64,000 nt of DNA from Amoebidium appalachense (taxonomy: Eukaryota > Protista > Ichthyosporea): assembly GCA_963693365.1 (NCBI GenBank), contig CAVNZM010000012.1, forward strand, positions 5,220,889-5,284,888. Direction: 5' to 3'. This document shows positions 50,049 through 64,000 of the stretch, piece after piece (position 1 is the stretch's first letter; each line of letters starts with the position of its first letter). The notes below the pieces were generated by a model that did not search any database, was not told the DNA's origin, and saw only the letters and a list, made by a program, of their open reading frames with translations. The translations under genes were made by a program, and so were the position numbers.

Positions 50049-50079
<31 letters not shown>

Positions 50080-50312
50080 ATTTCCCACCGCACGTACGTG
50101 GAAAAACGATGTGCGAGCCGTTTGTCAACCTTGTCTGAAACCCAAAATACCCTCTTGTGTTATGTGTCTGCTCTTCTGCTTGGTGTAAATTCAGACATGC
50201 CCGTGTTTGTGTACACACAGGCACGGAACATACCAATTTAGCCCCATTGTTCACTGTGCATTCATAAATGTACCCTCAATCGAGCTGATCAGAAGGGGGA
50301 AAAAATGTGTGC

Positions 50313-50413
<101 letters not shown>

Positions 50414-50678
50414 GTGTGTGTGTGTGCGTGCGTGCATGTGTGTGCGTGCGTGCGTGCATGTGTGCACGCGCGTGTGTGTCTGTGTTATGTGTGGGTGTTT
50501 GTGTGTAGGCAGGAGAGGAGGGGCAGGGAGAGAAAGCAAGCCCTAACGCGTGTGCACTGGCGACCATGTATGTATTCGTGTAGTACACATACATATATTC
50601 CCTTTGCCCCACGAACTCATTGAACCTAATATAACTTTCGTCCAGCCCCCCCCCCTCCCCCCCCCCACACACACACAC

Positions 50679-50716
<38 letters not shown>

Positions 50717-50793
50717 CAACCCCTGGGGCCCTGCCCCATCATGTTCCCCATTAATACATTAAACAGAGCCGTCACAGAGGTGGACAGAGGGAG

Positions 50794-50831
<38 letters not shown>

Positions 50832-51552
50832 AGGGGGAGGGGGAGCAGCAAGTAAACGGTTATCCGAAGAGAGACGAGGCAGACAAAGAACGGTACATCC
50901 TCGGCACCTTTTCTCAATACTGCGGAGCCCCGAGATGTATACTCGAGCCTTCGAAAACAAAATGGGCCCAAAAGTTGAAGTTGAAGCTGCCATGCCAAAC
51001 AGAGACACATCTATCACACCACAACCACACACCTCTCCCTTGGGCCAGAGCATGTAGTGACCGTGTGCCCACCGACAGGAAGGGGTTGAAAGTGACGTAG
51101 CCCATGCATGTGGATTGGTTGCTGGTGACTGCAGCAAACCGTACAGGCTGTAGGTGTACAAGTGAGCAAAGTAAGTAAAGTAAGTAAAGTAAGTAAAGTA
51201 AGTTGAGTAAACCAACTAGGTGCCACAGAGTGTGAGTGAATGGATGAGGGTGGTGCCTTCTGCACAGGCACACACAATTGTCCTGTCAGAGATGTGCGAG
51301 CATAGACCAGCATGAGAGGAACTGCAATTTTGTTCACGTTGCCTTTTCCATGGGGATGGAGCCATGCAGCCATTCTCTCCAAACAAGTGGTTATCATTTC
51401 TGCCCACGAGGCAGGCTGGATATGAGTAATGAAGTGGGAGAAGTGGGGTGCGGGCGGAAACGTAAGGTGTGTGTGTGTGTCTGGGTCTCTCTCTCTCTCT
51501 CTCCTCCCCCCTCCCCCCCCCCCCCCCCCCCCCTCTCCGTCTCTCTTTCGCC

Positions 51553-51583
<31 letters not shown>

Positions 51584-51871
51584 ACCCTCCCTCCCTCTCT
51601 CTCTCTCCCTCCCCTCTCCCTCTCTCTCACACACACACACTCCCCCCCCCCCCTCTTTCCCTCCCCCCCCCCCCCCCCCCCCCCCCCCCCTCTCTCTCTC
51701 TCTTCCCCTCACTCCCACTTCTTTTTTTAGCGGCGTGGGGTGTGGGGGGAGGCGAAAAAGGGGAAGGAGGGAGGCTCTACCTCTCTCTCTCTCTCTCTCT
51801 GTCTCCCCCCCCCTCCTGCCCCCCTCCCTTTCTTTTTTTTAGGGGGTGTGCGGTGGGGGGGGGGGGGGGAA

Positions 51872-51951
<80 letters not shown>

Positions 51952-53480
51952 CTCTCTATCGCGCGCGCTCTCTCTCTTCTTCTTATTCTTATTCTTCTTC
52001 TCCTTTTTTGGGGGGGAGGGGAGTGGGGGGAGGGAGGTGGGCGCGGGGGGGGGGGGGGAGGGGGGAGGAGGGGGCGGCGGCGCGGGGGGAGGGGGGGGGG
52101 GGGGGGGGGGATGGATACCTCTCCCACGAAGGTTGCTGGTATAGTTCCCGAGACAGCCACTCGAACCAACCTCCTGGTCAACATCCTCCCAGACGACAGA
52201 CAAACAAGCAAACAAAGAGTATCTGCTAAAAAGAACAACATATTAGCCACAGACCAAGGGCCTGCCAAAAGTTGTCTTTTACGCAAGTGAGACACCAAGC
52301 CATAGGTGCTGCACGTTGAAATAATTTCCACGGTGTTGCATATTATTCCTCGTAACCTTCTCCTCAGGGTGATACTTATTTCGTCTGGAACCCCCCTTCC
52401 CCCCCTCCCCTCCTCCCCCCCTCCTCGCCTTCCCCCCAACCCTCCCTTCCCTCTCGATCCCAACTCTTTCCCTACCGGCACAACACTAGGTACTTACAAG
52501 GCTCTTCAACATGATGCAACCCCCTCCCCCCCCCCACCCACCCCCTCCTCCTCCCCCTCCCCCCCCCTCCCCCAGTCCCTGCCTACCAACTCTACCCGCG
52601 ACTGCCATCAACGGGCTTGGTTTTGCCTCCACCAGCAAAAAGCAAAATAGCGTGTTCGGACAAGATGCAACACACGAACACCAAGTTCCCAGGGCTAACT
52701 AAAATAGGGCTGGATGATTCTAGCTTTTCGGTGAGAATTGAAATGGAACAAAGAACTGTGCGGGCAATATGATGGCAGAGGCAAAATAATCATGCATGTA
52801 TTGTGTTTGTGGGTGGAAGGAGCGGAAAAAAGCGGGAGTTGGAGAAAGGAGCGGAGGGGTAGGGGAGGGAGAGGACGGAGGGTGTGCAAGGGGGGGGGGA
52901 GAGGGGGAGGACGGGAGGGGGGGGGGGGGGGGGGGGGGAGGGGGGGGGGGGGGGGGGGGAGGGGGGGGGGGGGGGGGGGGGGGGGGCGCAGCAGGCCCTT
53001 ACGGTTCAGTATGTCGAAGCTCACACATGTGGTCACTTGTACAGTACTCTGCTAGGTCAACACAAATAATGCGCTGGTTTTCCGGACTGCCTTGGCAATG
53101 TTTGGGGTTCGGTGGTGATGGCTTATCTAGCGTCATTCCTATTGGTAGAAAGAAAAATGGCGGGAAAATGTGACTCGTGAGCCCTCCTCACGTGTGCACG
53201 GCGGCGAACTTCGAAAGGGCTGGTTCGATCGACTGCAGCCGGACAGACCCGTTTGCTTTGCGCCGTCCGGGTACAGTACAGAACGGAAACATGCATATTC
53301 CAAACGCGTGATCGGTTTGTTTGGCTTGCATATGATAGTTTCAGTTTGAAGGCCAGCTGTGGAAAAACACGGGTTTCAGCAAGCAGGCAACGAGAATGAT
53401 GCATACACAAATATTATGTGACACACAGAATTCGATGAGCAAAAAAAGGTAGAGGCAGGCAGAGGTGGGGCGGGGGGGGG

Positions 53481-53532
<52 letters not shown>

Positions 53533-53758
53533 TGGTTTTCGATGGGAAATTGTGAAAACATTGTTTATGTAATCTAAAACTATCTATGTATTTGCATGGG
53601 TTCGTTCTATCCTCGCACACCCCTTCAAAAAAATGGTTTTGCATGTCTTCAGACCTCTTACGTCCTACATAAGCATGCACACTAATAATTTCTTAGACGC
53701 ACGCAAAGGGTGATCGACGTTTCCTGTGCACGCACACAAAGACCACACACACACACAC

Positions 53759-53853
<95 letters not shown>

Positions 53854-53855
<2 letters not shown>

Positions 53856-54000
53856 CCACGTCCTACACAGGCGCAAGTGCCGGTTGAGTGGATTGGCGAT
53901 TTGGTGTTTTTGGTCGATCGGAGGGGCATCATACAGCGTGCCTCCCCTTCCTGTCTGCGTTTCATGGGGGTGTGTTATCCCCCCCCCCTCCCCCCCGCCT

Positions 54001-54033
<33 letters not shown>

Positions 54034-54427
54034 CCCCCACCCCCACCCTCCCCCCAGTCCCCCACAGGACCTCGCCCCTCATTAATATGTCCCTCCCATC
54101 CACACACCCATTTTATTTACTCGATTTTTAGTTGGCATAGTTTGTTCTTTTACCGATATTCCCTGTGTGTGGTCACAGGTGAATATCGAAATAGACCGGC
54201 TAGCACACACAACAAAATGTCAAAGAAGGAAGGTTTGTAGTCTCCCGTAGGGCATTTTTCTGCACGTGACTCACGACACACAACCCCGGGGTATACATCA
54301 TTACGGTCCTTTGTGATATTCGACCGTGTGAACTGTTTTTTTTTCCTTTCCCGCTTTCCAAATCCCATTTCCATATTGATTACATGATTGTATGACCTCG
54401 TGCCTGTGAACAGGATTCGTGTCATTT

Positions 54428-54463
<36 letters not shown>

Positions 54464-54993
54464 TCGGATAAGGAAAAAAAAAAGTAGAAGGAAGAAACAG
54501 GACAACAAAAAAAAAATAAAATAAAAAAAGAGAGAAGGGGAAGAAAAAAAAAAAGGGAAAAGGAAAAAACCAAGCCTACCCCATACACCCACGCGCACCC
54601 CATACTACATGCAGTCCCCCTCCCCCCCCTCCCAACCCCTCCCTTCACCTCTTCCCCGTCCCCTTCTCCCCCCTCTTTTCCCCTCCTTTTCCACCCAGCA
54701 CACACACCCCACTCACCATGTGCTGTTTTCAGGCCCCAGCCAGTCGTCTTACCGGTCGCAGCATGTTGGACTTTGTGCACTGATCTAATGTGCGCCAACT
54801 GCAAGATGCCTTAGCAACAGTAACGAGACCCCCCCCCCCCCCCCCCCCCCCCTCCTCCCCCCCCCGCCGCCTCCTTGCCTCCTCCCCTCCCACTCTCCAC
54901 TTACCCGCCCGCTCCACCTCCCCCAGCCCCTTCTCCCCCCCCCCTTCACCCCCCCGTCCCCTTCCTTTCCCACGGTGCTGCGGATGACTCCCC

Positions 54994-55024
<31 letters not shown>

Positions 55025-57349
55025 AAACACACAAACACACACACAGACACTCTCCCGCCCCACCCCTCTCCCCCCCTCACTGACCATGGGCTCTCAGTGC
55101 ATGTGCCTGTCTGTTTCCATGTTTGTGTTTAAGTCGTGAACGTTCATCGACTCTGAACTATGCAGCAAAGAACTACCTCCCCCTTTCCCCCTCCTCCTCC
55201 CTCCCTCCCCCCCCCCCCCCCCCCCCCCCCCCCCACCCCCCTCCTCCCCCCAACTGTCCCGACAGCCCCTGTCAATATTTCTGTGCTGCTTCTCTCTGTT
55301 GGCTGAACGTCTGTGTGTTGACATTTCTCCCGGTTCTTCCATATGGAATCACACAAGTTCTAAAAAAGGGAAATTGCCCACATATTGGTAAAGCCAATTA
55401 TTACTCTGGCGCCAGTATGCCTTGATAACATTTTGACCTCATGTCACTAAATTGCAAGGGTAAACTTTATGCTTGAAGGAAAAGAGCACGTGCGAAAAGT
55501 TAAAGATGACAGGGGAAGGGGGTGGGGAGGGGGGGGGGGGGGGGGGGTGTTGATGTTGCTGCTATTTTTCCACTTCTGATCCCTTTTCCGCTTCAGGGGG
55601 TTTCCTCCCAGCAACGAATCGCTTGCCGTATCCGTGGAAAGGTGCCACCCCCCTTCCCCCCACCCCATGCTTTTCGTGTTTTTCATGTCTCTGCTTTCGT
55701 TTTTGGAGCCCTAAAAATCAGCCCCCCTCTCCCCTTCCCCCCTCCTCCCCTCCCCACCCTCCCCCCCCCCCCACTCCGGCGGAAATGGCCTCTGCTTATG
55801 ATTCATAATATTTTGTGTGTGCTTTGCATAGATTGTGTTGTGTTGTCCGTCGTGGTTATGTACCCCGCACTCTGTAACCCACTTTAGCCCTCCCCCCCCA
55901 ACCACCCCACCACCTTTCTCCGCCTCTCTCCCCCCCCTTCCCCCCCCCCCCCCCCCCCCCCTTTTTCTACAGCACTTCTCTCTCCGGCTCTGCTTCGTGT
56001 GACTCGTACAACAAGCATGACAAAGCATACACCAATGGTATATAGAATCTGCCCCCTCCCGTCCTTCCCTGTGCCCTTGGAGCACGTGCACAGTGACGTG
56101 ACCATGTACCCTGTGTGTGTGGACGGGGAGCAGATGACCCTCGTGTTTGCATGGTGCAACACCGACCCACCACCAGCATCCAGTAAGAGTTCACCTTCTC
56201 CCCCCCCCCCTTCCCCCCCCCTCCCCCCCGCCCCCCCCCCCCACCTCCTCCCCCTCCCCCTTCCTCAACCCCCCACCCCACCCCAGCCCTCCCCCCACTC
56301 CCCCTCAACACAGCCAGCACACAAACACACGGAAGTTGTCATCACCACCATCCCTCTTCCTCTTTTCCAGCTCTTCTGACCGTCTAATGTGTAATTATAA
56401 TTATATTATCACACTCGTGCCTTTCCTTCTGTATAAGGCATCGAATGATGCTTCATGGTTGTCTATGGCCGTTGCGGTACTGGCCGGCCGGGAATTTTGG
56501 TTTTTTTTGTTGGGGGTGGGGGGGTGGGGAGTGGGCAAGGATTGCGTAAATTGGACTGGAGGAAATGCCACCCCCTCCCCTCCTCTCCCTCCCCTCCCCC
56601 AACATTTGTTGAAGCTCAAAGGTAAACAGTCTCTTCCATCTCCCCCGCCCTCCCCTCCCGCCCCCTCCCCCCCCCTCCCCACACACACCTAAGGTCGTCT
56701 TTGCCTCTCACCTGAGCGCCCAACCTTGACAACCACACACACACCACCTTACACCCACGCTCACCGAACCCCTCCCCCTCCCCCTCCCCCCGCCCCTCTC
56801 CCCCCTCGCCCACCCCCCCCCCTCTCTCCCCCCCCCCCTCTCCCCCCACACACACATGCATATAGACCCCGTGGGATTGAATGATACGCCCTCAACTACG
56901 CCGCTTCTCCCCCGGCCACCCACCAGCAAGGGATGGTGCATCCACACCCCAGACGGCAGTATCACAGATGTCTACTCGTCAACAAACACAAAAGGTACCG
57001 TCCCCCTTCCAGCACCCCCTCCCCTCCTCCCCCCCCCCTCTCTCCGTTTCTCTCATTTTTTGCCCCCAAGTCGACTCTCTCTCTCTCTCTCTCCTCTCTC
57101 CCTTTCCCCCTCAGCTCCCTCCCCCTTTCTGCATATACACTGTTATACACTATATATTCCTTGCCTCAACCGATCTACCTATTCCACATGCCACATATAC
57201 CCCTTTTTCCGACCTGTTATCTGTTCTGCTCTTACCATCACTCCACCTTTACCTCCCCTTTCCTTGCTATGTTTTCTCTTAAGGTTCTCCAACAACTCAT
57301 GGTTAACCTTACCCTCCGTCCCCCCCCCTCCTCTCCCCCCCCCCCTCCA

Positions 57350-57412
<63 letters not shown>

Positions 57413-57446
57413 ACGCCCCTCTCCTCCCTCCCTTCTCCTTCCTCCC

Positions 57447-57491
<45 letters not shown>

Positions 57492-57778
57492 GCATCAACA
57501 AGAAAACGGATGCAGTGGAGTTCTGCCTATCCACCATTAGTCTAGAGTGTGGAGACACTCAGCCCATGCCATCCCGGGCATCCGAGTGCAGACTACTCGA
57601 AGACAAGAGCCCTTTGGTGTTTGGTGATGTCGAGCAGATACGGTCTTTGTGTGAGAAGGCAGCAAGGAGGGCCGGGTACGTGTGTGTGTGGGGGGGGGGG
57701 AGGGTGAGGGAGGGAGGAAAGGGAGGGAAGGGGGTGGCTGGGTGGCTGGGTGGCTGGGTGTGTGTGTTGGTGGGTGTG

Positions 57779-57821
<43 letters not shown>

Positions 57822-58077
57822 CGTGTGTGTTTGCGTGTTTTTGTGTTTCATTCTGCATTGAACCAACAGTGCACGCTAACCACACAGAAGCATAGCTTAA
57901 CATTCACACCCAAGCTTTTTTTACCAAAGATCAAGCCGCGCGCAGAGCTTTCATTGACAATGACCCCAATCTCCGTCTCCTCCGTCTCCTCCCCTCCCCT
58001 CCCCCCCCCCCCCCCCCCCCCTCTCCCTCCCCCTCTCTTCCCCACCCCCCGCCCTCCCTCTTCCCCGTCTCCTCCCC

Positions 58078-58108
<31 letters not shown>

Positions 58109-58372
58109 ACCCACAGAGAAGATGAGCTTAGTGAAGGTCCCTGGATCACGCAGGACGAAGCATCCGCATTAAACTACGGTAGCGTCCCCCGCCCCTCCCC
58201 TCCCCCCCTCCCCCCTGGCTACCGCCGCCCCGTGCAACCTGCGTGCACCCATCCTTGCTTCTCCAAACGCTTATCTCAGGCTCCCTGCGCCTGAAAATGT
58301 GTCCCGTCCCGATTTCTCCCTTTCTTCCTACACACCCACCCACCCGAGGCTACAGGGTTCGGTCCAATCCGT

Positions 58373-58419
<47 letters not shown>

Positions 58420-59665
58420 GGGGAGGGGGAGGGAGATTATTGGTGCTGGGTGAACGGGACTAAACTTTTAGACCTGGTTTTATGGGTCATATATCATGCA
58501 CTGCAAGCGTGGTTTGCTGATTTCTGACATGCAACCAACCCCTTCCCCCCTTGCAGCGGTCAAATGGATAGACGAAGCAACTGGCCAATCAGACGCGCTC
58601 TTTGTAGATCCGTCACCAGGCAACAGCCAATCACGTGCCAACAACCAACAACCATCCCGCGAGGCGTCGGAGCCACAAGGCTACCTGGGCCTTCTCGAAC
58701 CTTCCCAGGGCTCCGCCAATGTGTCACACGCACGTGACCTCCTGCCCAAAAAAGGAGATTCTCGCAGCCACGACGAGATGACTGGATTTCGTAACGGTGC
58801 AGGGGAAGACACTATTTGCGCCAAAGGTACGGCAAAACCATCTGAAAAAGGCGATGTCACGAATGGGAAAGAGGGCCGGGCGGAAAAGCCTTCAAACGAC
58901 GAGGGTGGTCTGGACACTGCGGGCGTCACGCTGAACCCAACCGATATGCGGAAAAAGAAGCAACGGGAAGATACCAGAACGAGCCAGGGGATTGCCGTGG
59001 CTCATCACAAACGGTTGCTTCTGTCCATCGACGTGAACTCGGGCCCGAATACCTTTGCCGGCCTGTGCGCCGAGGCGACCAATCGCAACGAGTTGTTTGA
59101 CCGCGCCCTGCCTTCCTATTCGGTGCAAATCACACCACGCAACCAACCGTTTTTCCCCGAATACAACGACCTAAACGAAGCTTTCTTTCATCCCGGCGGC
59201 CCGCAACCTGCACAGGGCGTTGAAATCCCCCCGCCACGGTCTAATTTGAGGATTTCAAACGAATATTCGCTGAACGTGTCGATTTCGACCTCCAACCAGA
59301 GTTTCAGTTTTTCGAGTCTTTCGAGCGCCGACCTGGCCCAACTCCTACGGCAGCATATCACGGCCACCAATGAGTTTGCAGCGGCCAACGCAAGATCGAA
59401 TTTGGGATTAACCCCGCACCCGATAAGCGGAAATCTAGGACTACCGATCGGATCGCACGAACAGCCCACACGCAGAACGTCGGCGGCACCCAGTGCGAGG
59501 TTTCTGCTGCCGCGATCGATCGCAAATGCACAGACACGTCCGATCGCAGATTCGATCTTGTCCGATTGCGTAATCGATACTCAGACACGGCAAGTGGTAC
59601 CGGCATCTAAGGCACTCGGCGGTGTGTCGGATGGTGCTCTGTCAAGGAGTGGCACGTGTTCGTGA
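53854..59665 (+). pseudogene. Truncated PAS-gene copy C
   Basis: No bHLH exons; the same TGG>TGA stop (54781); exon-6 acceptor deleted; exons 8-10 deleted. The terminal exon ORF is still open. Confidence 0.88.
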
Positions 59666-59693
59666 AACTTTCGGTTTTCAGTTTTTTTTTTGT

Positions 59694-59724
<31 letters not shown>

Positions 59725-59826
59725 GCGCTTGTTTGTTTTTAGTGTGCGAAGGTCTTTGTTTGTTATCATATTTCCTGCTGCATGCCTTGTTTGCCCACTC
59801 AATCATTTTCTTTTTTGTATCTTTCT

Positions 59827-59858
<32 letters not shown>

Positions 59859-60441
59859 CCCAGGCATCTAAGTTTTGTGCCCGTATGCTCAATTCATTGT
59901 TGTTGCTGTGTTCTCTACTTGCCATATACGGTATCATTGTTTTCAGTGTGTAAACCCCTTTCAGTTTTAATCATTATCCGCGAAACAGGGTATTTAACTC
60001 TGAGAGGAAAAGAAAAGAAATAAAGAGAGGTGGGGGTGGCCGTGGGGGAAGCGAGGAGCAATAGCCACGAGGGCTTAAAGGAGGGGCCGGGAGGGGGTGG
60101 GCGACGGTGCGCCCGGCCGCGGGGGTGGGGCGCGGCTGTGCATATGCATGGTGGGGGTACGGTGGGGTGGGGGGAGGGGGCCACGTGAGTGAGGGGGGGG
60201 TGGCCTAGGGGGGAGAGGGGGCGGGGGGACAGCGGGCACAATGGAGGGAGCTGGTGGAGGGTCAGGGAGGAGGAAAGAGGGAGAAAGAGAGCGACAAGAG
60301 AGAGAGGTCGGAAAGGGAGGAGGGCCGGGGGAAAAGAGAAGCAGACGTCGGATATAAAGCCTTGAAGAGAGAGACTGAGAGAGTGAGATCTCTAGAAAGA
60401 GAGAGAAGAAGAAGGGTCGGGGAGAGAAGGGAAGGGAGGGG

Positions 60442-60487
<46 letters not shown>

Positions 60488-60740
60488 TGGGGAGGGGGGG
60501 AGTGGGGGAGAGATCTCACTCTCTCAAGTAAAACTAACTAAAGGCCAGACAAGAATATATTTTGGCAGTAATGCACTAGATATCCTATTAATCTTACTAT
60601 ATAGTATAGCACTGGGATTCTAGGGATACGTCTTATAGTCTTTGTCCACATTGGCAGGAGTTATAAATGCGCAAATCTCACTCTCCTGCATGTTGTATCC
60701 ATTTGCATTTGCGCAGTATCTCAGACAGGCTGAGGTATCC

Positions 60741-60783
<43 letters not shown>

Positions 60784-61152
60784 AAAAAAAAAAGAAAGAA
60801 AGGAAGGAAGAAAGAAGGTGATGTAATACCCCTGATCAATGACGTCATATATACACGTCATATATACACATGTATATGTACATCTGACAATCACCGCTCG
60901 AAACGATACAGTATGCACAACCTTGAATACATGTATCTTGCGTTTCCTTCAGCCTCCGTACCTGACCGCCTACCACACTCAAACTATTATTTTTCTGCCC
61001 CAACCCTCCTTAAAGCTAACCTTTTCACCCGCGCCTGAGCTGTGCCCCGCCACCCCGTCATTATTCCGGCCAGAGACGTCACCAACAGCCAATGGGGTGT
61101 CCTTGTTGTTGCTCTGTGGCCCTGCCTGTTGCTTTGAGGTGAACTGTTGGTA

Positions 61153-61878
61153 TCACCGCCAATTTTTTGGGTCGCATAGGGGATGATGTGGTTGGGAATG
61201 TTCGTTGGCAGCGGTATGCGTAACACCATTGGGGCCTTCGTTTTTGGTTGCTATCGTGTGGTTGAGGATGGTTGGCGGCAGAGGGAGTTCGTACCCGTAG
61301 TCGGTCGGGCAGAAGTTTGTTGGGGGCAGAGGGCCGCGTGGTTCGTTTTGCTGCGCCCATACAGCCAATACTTCTCGATCGTATGCCCGGCCTCCCTCGG
61401 TGATTGATGCAAACTTACCTATATATTTATGCTGCAAGTTGCCTAAAAAAGTTCTACCCCATCGGTGCACTTGGTAGGGTTTGGATAAACGGTATGCGCA
61501 TGTATAGAAGGTGACACCTATGCAACCCTCCTGCTCTGCTTCCGCTCTACTCATGTAATCGCTACGAAGAAAAAAGTTTAGGCGCAGGAGTTTCTCTCGT
61601 TTTGGAATGTCCAGAGCACGTATCACATCGTCCCTTGCAAGTGCCGCTTCCACTTCTGTCGCGTAGCTCCCGCCGTAATGACAAACACCATCCTTCTGAT
61701 ACGCCGCTATCCAAGGCTTTTGGATGTAACTGTAACTGCCTATCTTTGCATACCATTTGCCCGCTTTACCACTTCAATATACTCCCCGGTAGTGTTGGCC
61801 TGTGTCTTTCACATTTCGGGTCGCAAATGGGCGAACGGGCCCAAAGAGTGTCTGCCAGCCGCGCGACCTTCCCTGCAT
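61153..61878 (-). pseudogene. AP2 gene copy C with a nonsense mutation and an in-frame 240-bp deletion
   Basis: YRGVY-TGA (61776-61774). The deletion fuses domain 1 (GKWYAKIGS) in frame to domain 2 (YSYIQKPWIAAYQKDG). Confidence 0.85.
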
Positions 61879-62577
61879 AGCGTTTTACATCAGAGATGAG
61901 AAAAAGTACAGATGTTTATTCTCTTTATTTTAGACTTTAAAAAGGCATCGTAAGTGCACTTGCGGCAGCTGAGCTTTGCGATGATCTTTGCCTACACCCC
62001 CCCCCCCCCCCCCCCCCCCCCCCCCGCGCGCCCTTCCCCTGGCCCCCTCTCTCCTTGTAAGCCCTCCCACAAACTTCACATTCGCACAAACGGCACACCT
62101 TAGGCTGTATACCAATCCCGACACATTTAACTACAGAAATCCCCAATAAACAAACATCCACCGTTGGGTGGTTGACAATGTGTTGGTGTGGCGTGTCAAT
62201 ATTCAGTCTGTGTTATGTGGTTGCTGGGGTTTGAATGCTATTGGTGCCACCTTTCAATCATTCATTCTTTCTTCTTTGGTGACAATGTTTTGTGGTGGCG
62301 TGTCAATATTCAGTCTGTGTTATGTGGTTGCTGGGGTTTGAATTCTATTGGTGTGACCTTTCATTCATTCATTCATTCTTCTTTGGTTTTGGGTTTGGAT
62401 GGTGGCACGCATACCTTTCTCTTTTTCCCTTTCTTTCCCCCCACCTTTTATATTTATTGATTTTCTTGCGAGTGTGTGTGCTTATGCGTTTGCACACTGG
62501 CTGTAGTGTTATGTGTGTGTTTCAAAATGTGTGATTTTGTCTGTGTGCGTGTGCGCGCGCGTGCGTTTCTCTGTGTG

Positions 62578-62685
<108 letters not shown>

Positions 62686-63146
62686 CCTCCCTCTGTGTGT
62701 GTGTGTGTGTATGTGTGTGTGTGTGTGAAGGGGGAGGAGGCGGGAGGAGCGGGGGGAGCGGGGAAAGGGAGGTAAAGCACAAACTACACATACCGTTGCC
62801 ACCATTCCAAAGGGAGACAACCGGCCAAGAGCAGTCTGACCGTTCTGAATGCCGAACACAGTTTGTTGGGGCCCTGTGCCGACCAGGAGTGAGACTGTAT
62901 CCCCCCCCCCCCCCCAATTCCCACCGCACGTACGTGGAAAAACGTTGTGCGAGCCGTTTGTCAACCTTGTCTGAAACCCACAATACCCTCTTGTGTTATG
63001 TGTCTGCTCTTCTGCTTGGTGTGAATTCAGACATCCCCGTGTTTGTGTACACACAGGCACTGAACATACCAATTTAGCCCCATTGTTCACTGTGCATTCA
63101 TAAATGTACCCTCAATCGAGCTGATCAGAAGGGGGTAAAAAATGTG

Positions 63147-63224
<78 letters not shown>

Positions 63225-63479
63225 CGTGCGTGCATGTGTGTGCGTGCGTGCGTGCGTGCGTGCACGCGTGTGTGTGTCTGTGTTATGTGCGGGTGTTTGT
63301 GTGTAGGCAGGAGAGGAGGGGCAGGGAGAGAAAGCAAGCCCTAACGCGTGTGCACTGGCGACCATGTATGTATTCGTGTAGTACACATACATATATTCCC
63401 TTTGCCCCACGAACTCATTGAACCTAATATGACTTTCGTCCAGCCCTCCCCCCCCTCCCCCCCCCCCCCCCACACACAC

Positions 63480-63523
<44 letters not shown>

Positions 63524-64000
63524 CAACCCCTGGGGCCCTGCCCCATCCTGTTCCCCATTAATACATTAAACAGAGCCGTCACAGAGGTGGACAGAGGGAG
63601 AGGGGGGGGGGGGGGGGGGGGGGGGAAGGGGGAGGGGGAGCAGCAGGTAAACGGTTATCCGAAGAGAGACGAGGCAGACAAAGAACGGTACATCCTCGGC
63701 ACCTTTTCTCAATACAGCGGAGCCCCGAGATGTATACTCGAGCCTTCGAAAACAAAATGGGCCCAAAAGTTGAAGTTGAAGCTGCCATGCCAAACAGAGA
63801 CACATCTATCACACCACAACCACACACCTCTCCCTTGGGCCAGAGCATGTAGTGACCGTGTGCCCACCGACAGGAAGGGGTTGAAAGTGACGTAGCCCAT
63901 GCATGTGGATTGGTTGCTGGTGACTGCAGCAAACCGTACAGGCTGTAGGTGTACAAGTGAGCAAAGTAAGTAAAGTAAGTAAAGTAAGTAAAGTAAGTTG

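Overview
Eukaryotic genomic DNA with GT-AG introns packed with poly-C/poly-G, (CA)n, (CT)n and (TA)n tracts. It is probably a unicellular opisthokont or other protist, but the organism cannot be established from the sequence. There are three zones. (1) 1-19.7 kb looks like a decaying endogenous large-DNA-virus segment. It holds short, mostly intronless ORFans, a 5'-truncated NCLDV L1R-like membrane protein, a TM + CPxC protein and a double C3H zinc-finger protein. It also holds a spliced KDM4/JMJD2-like JmjN-JmjC demethylase with intact catalytic residues, and a different minisatellite in almost every spacer and intron. The zone ends at a 390-bp GC-rich near-perfect palindrome (19680-20069). 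(2) 20.2-26.7 kb is transposon debris, including a non-LTR retrotransposon split by a 2.4-kb insertion. (3) 27-64 kb carries an intact 13-exon bHLH-PAS-PAS transcription-factor gene (about 851 aa, phase-consistent splicing, non-canonical basic region) convergent with an intronless triple-AP2-domain gene. A 11-13 kb unit that starts in intron 2 of the bHLH-PAS gene is tandemly triplicated. The extra PAS copies are pseudogenised, whereas the AP2 paralogs differ mainly by amino-acid changes in their predicted DNA-contacting beta-sheets. All family calls are by-eye motif recognition; no database searches were run.
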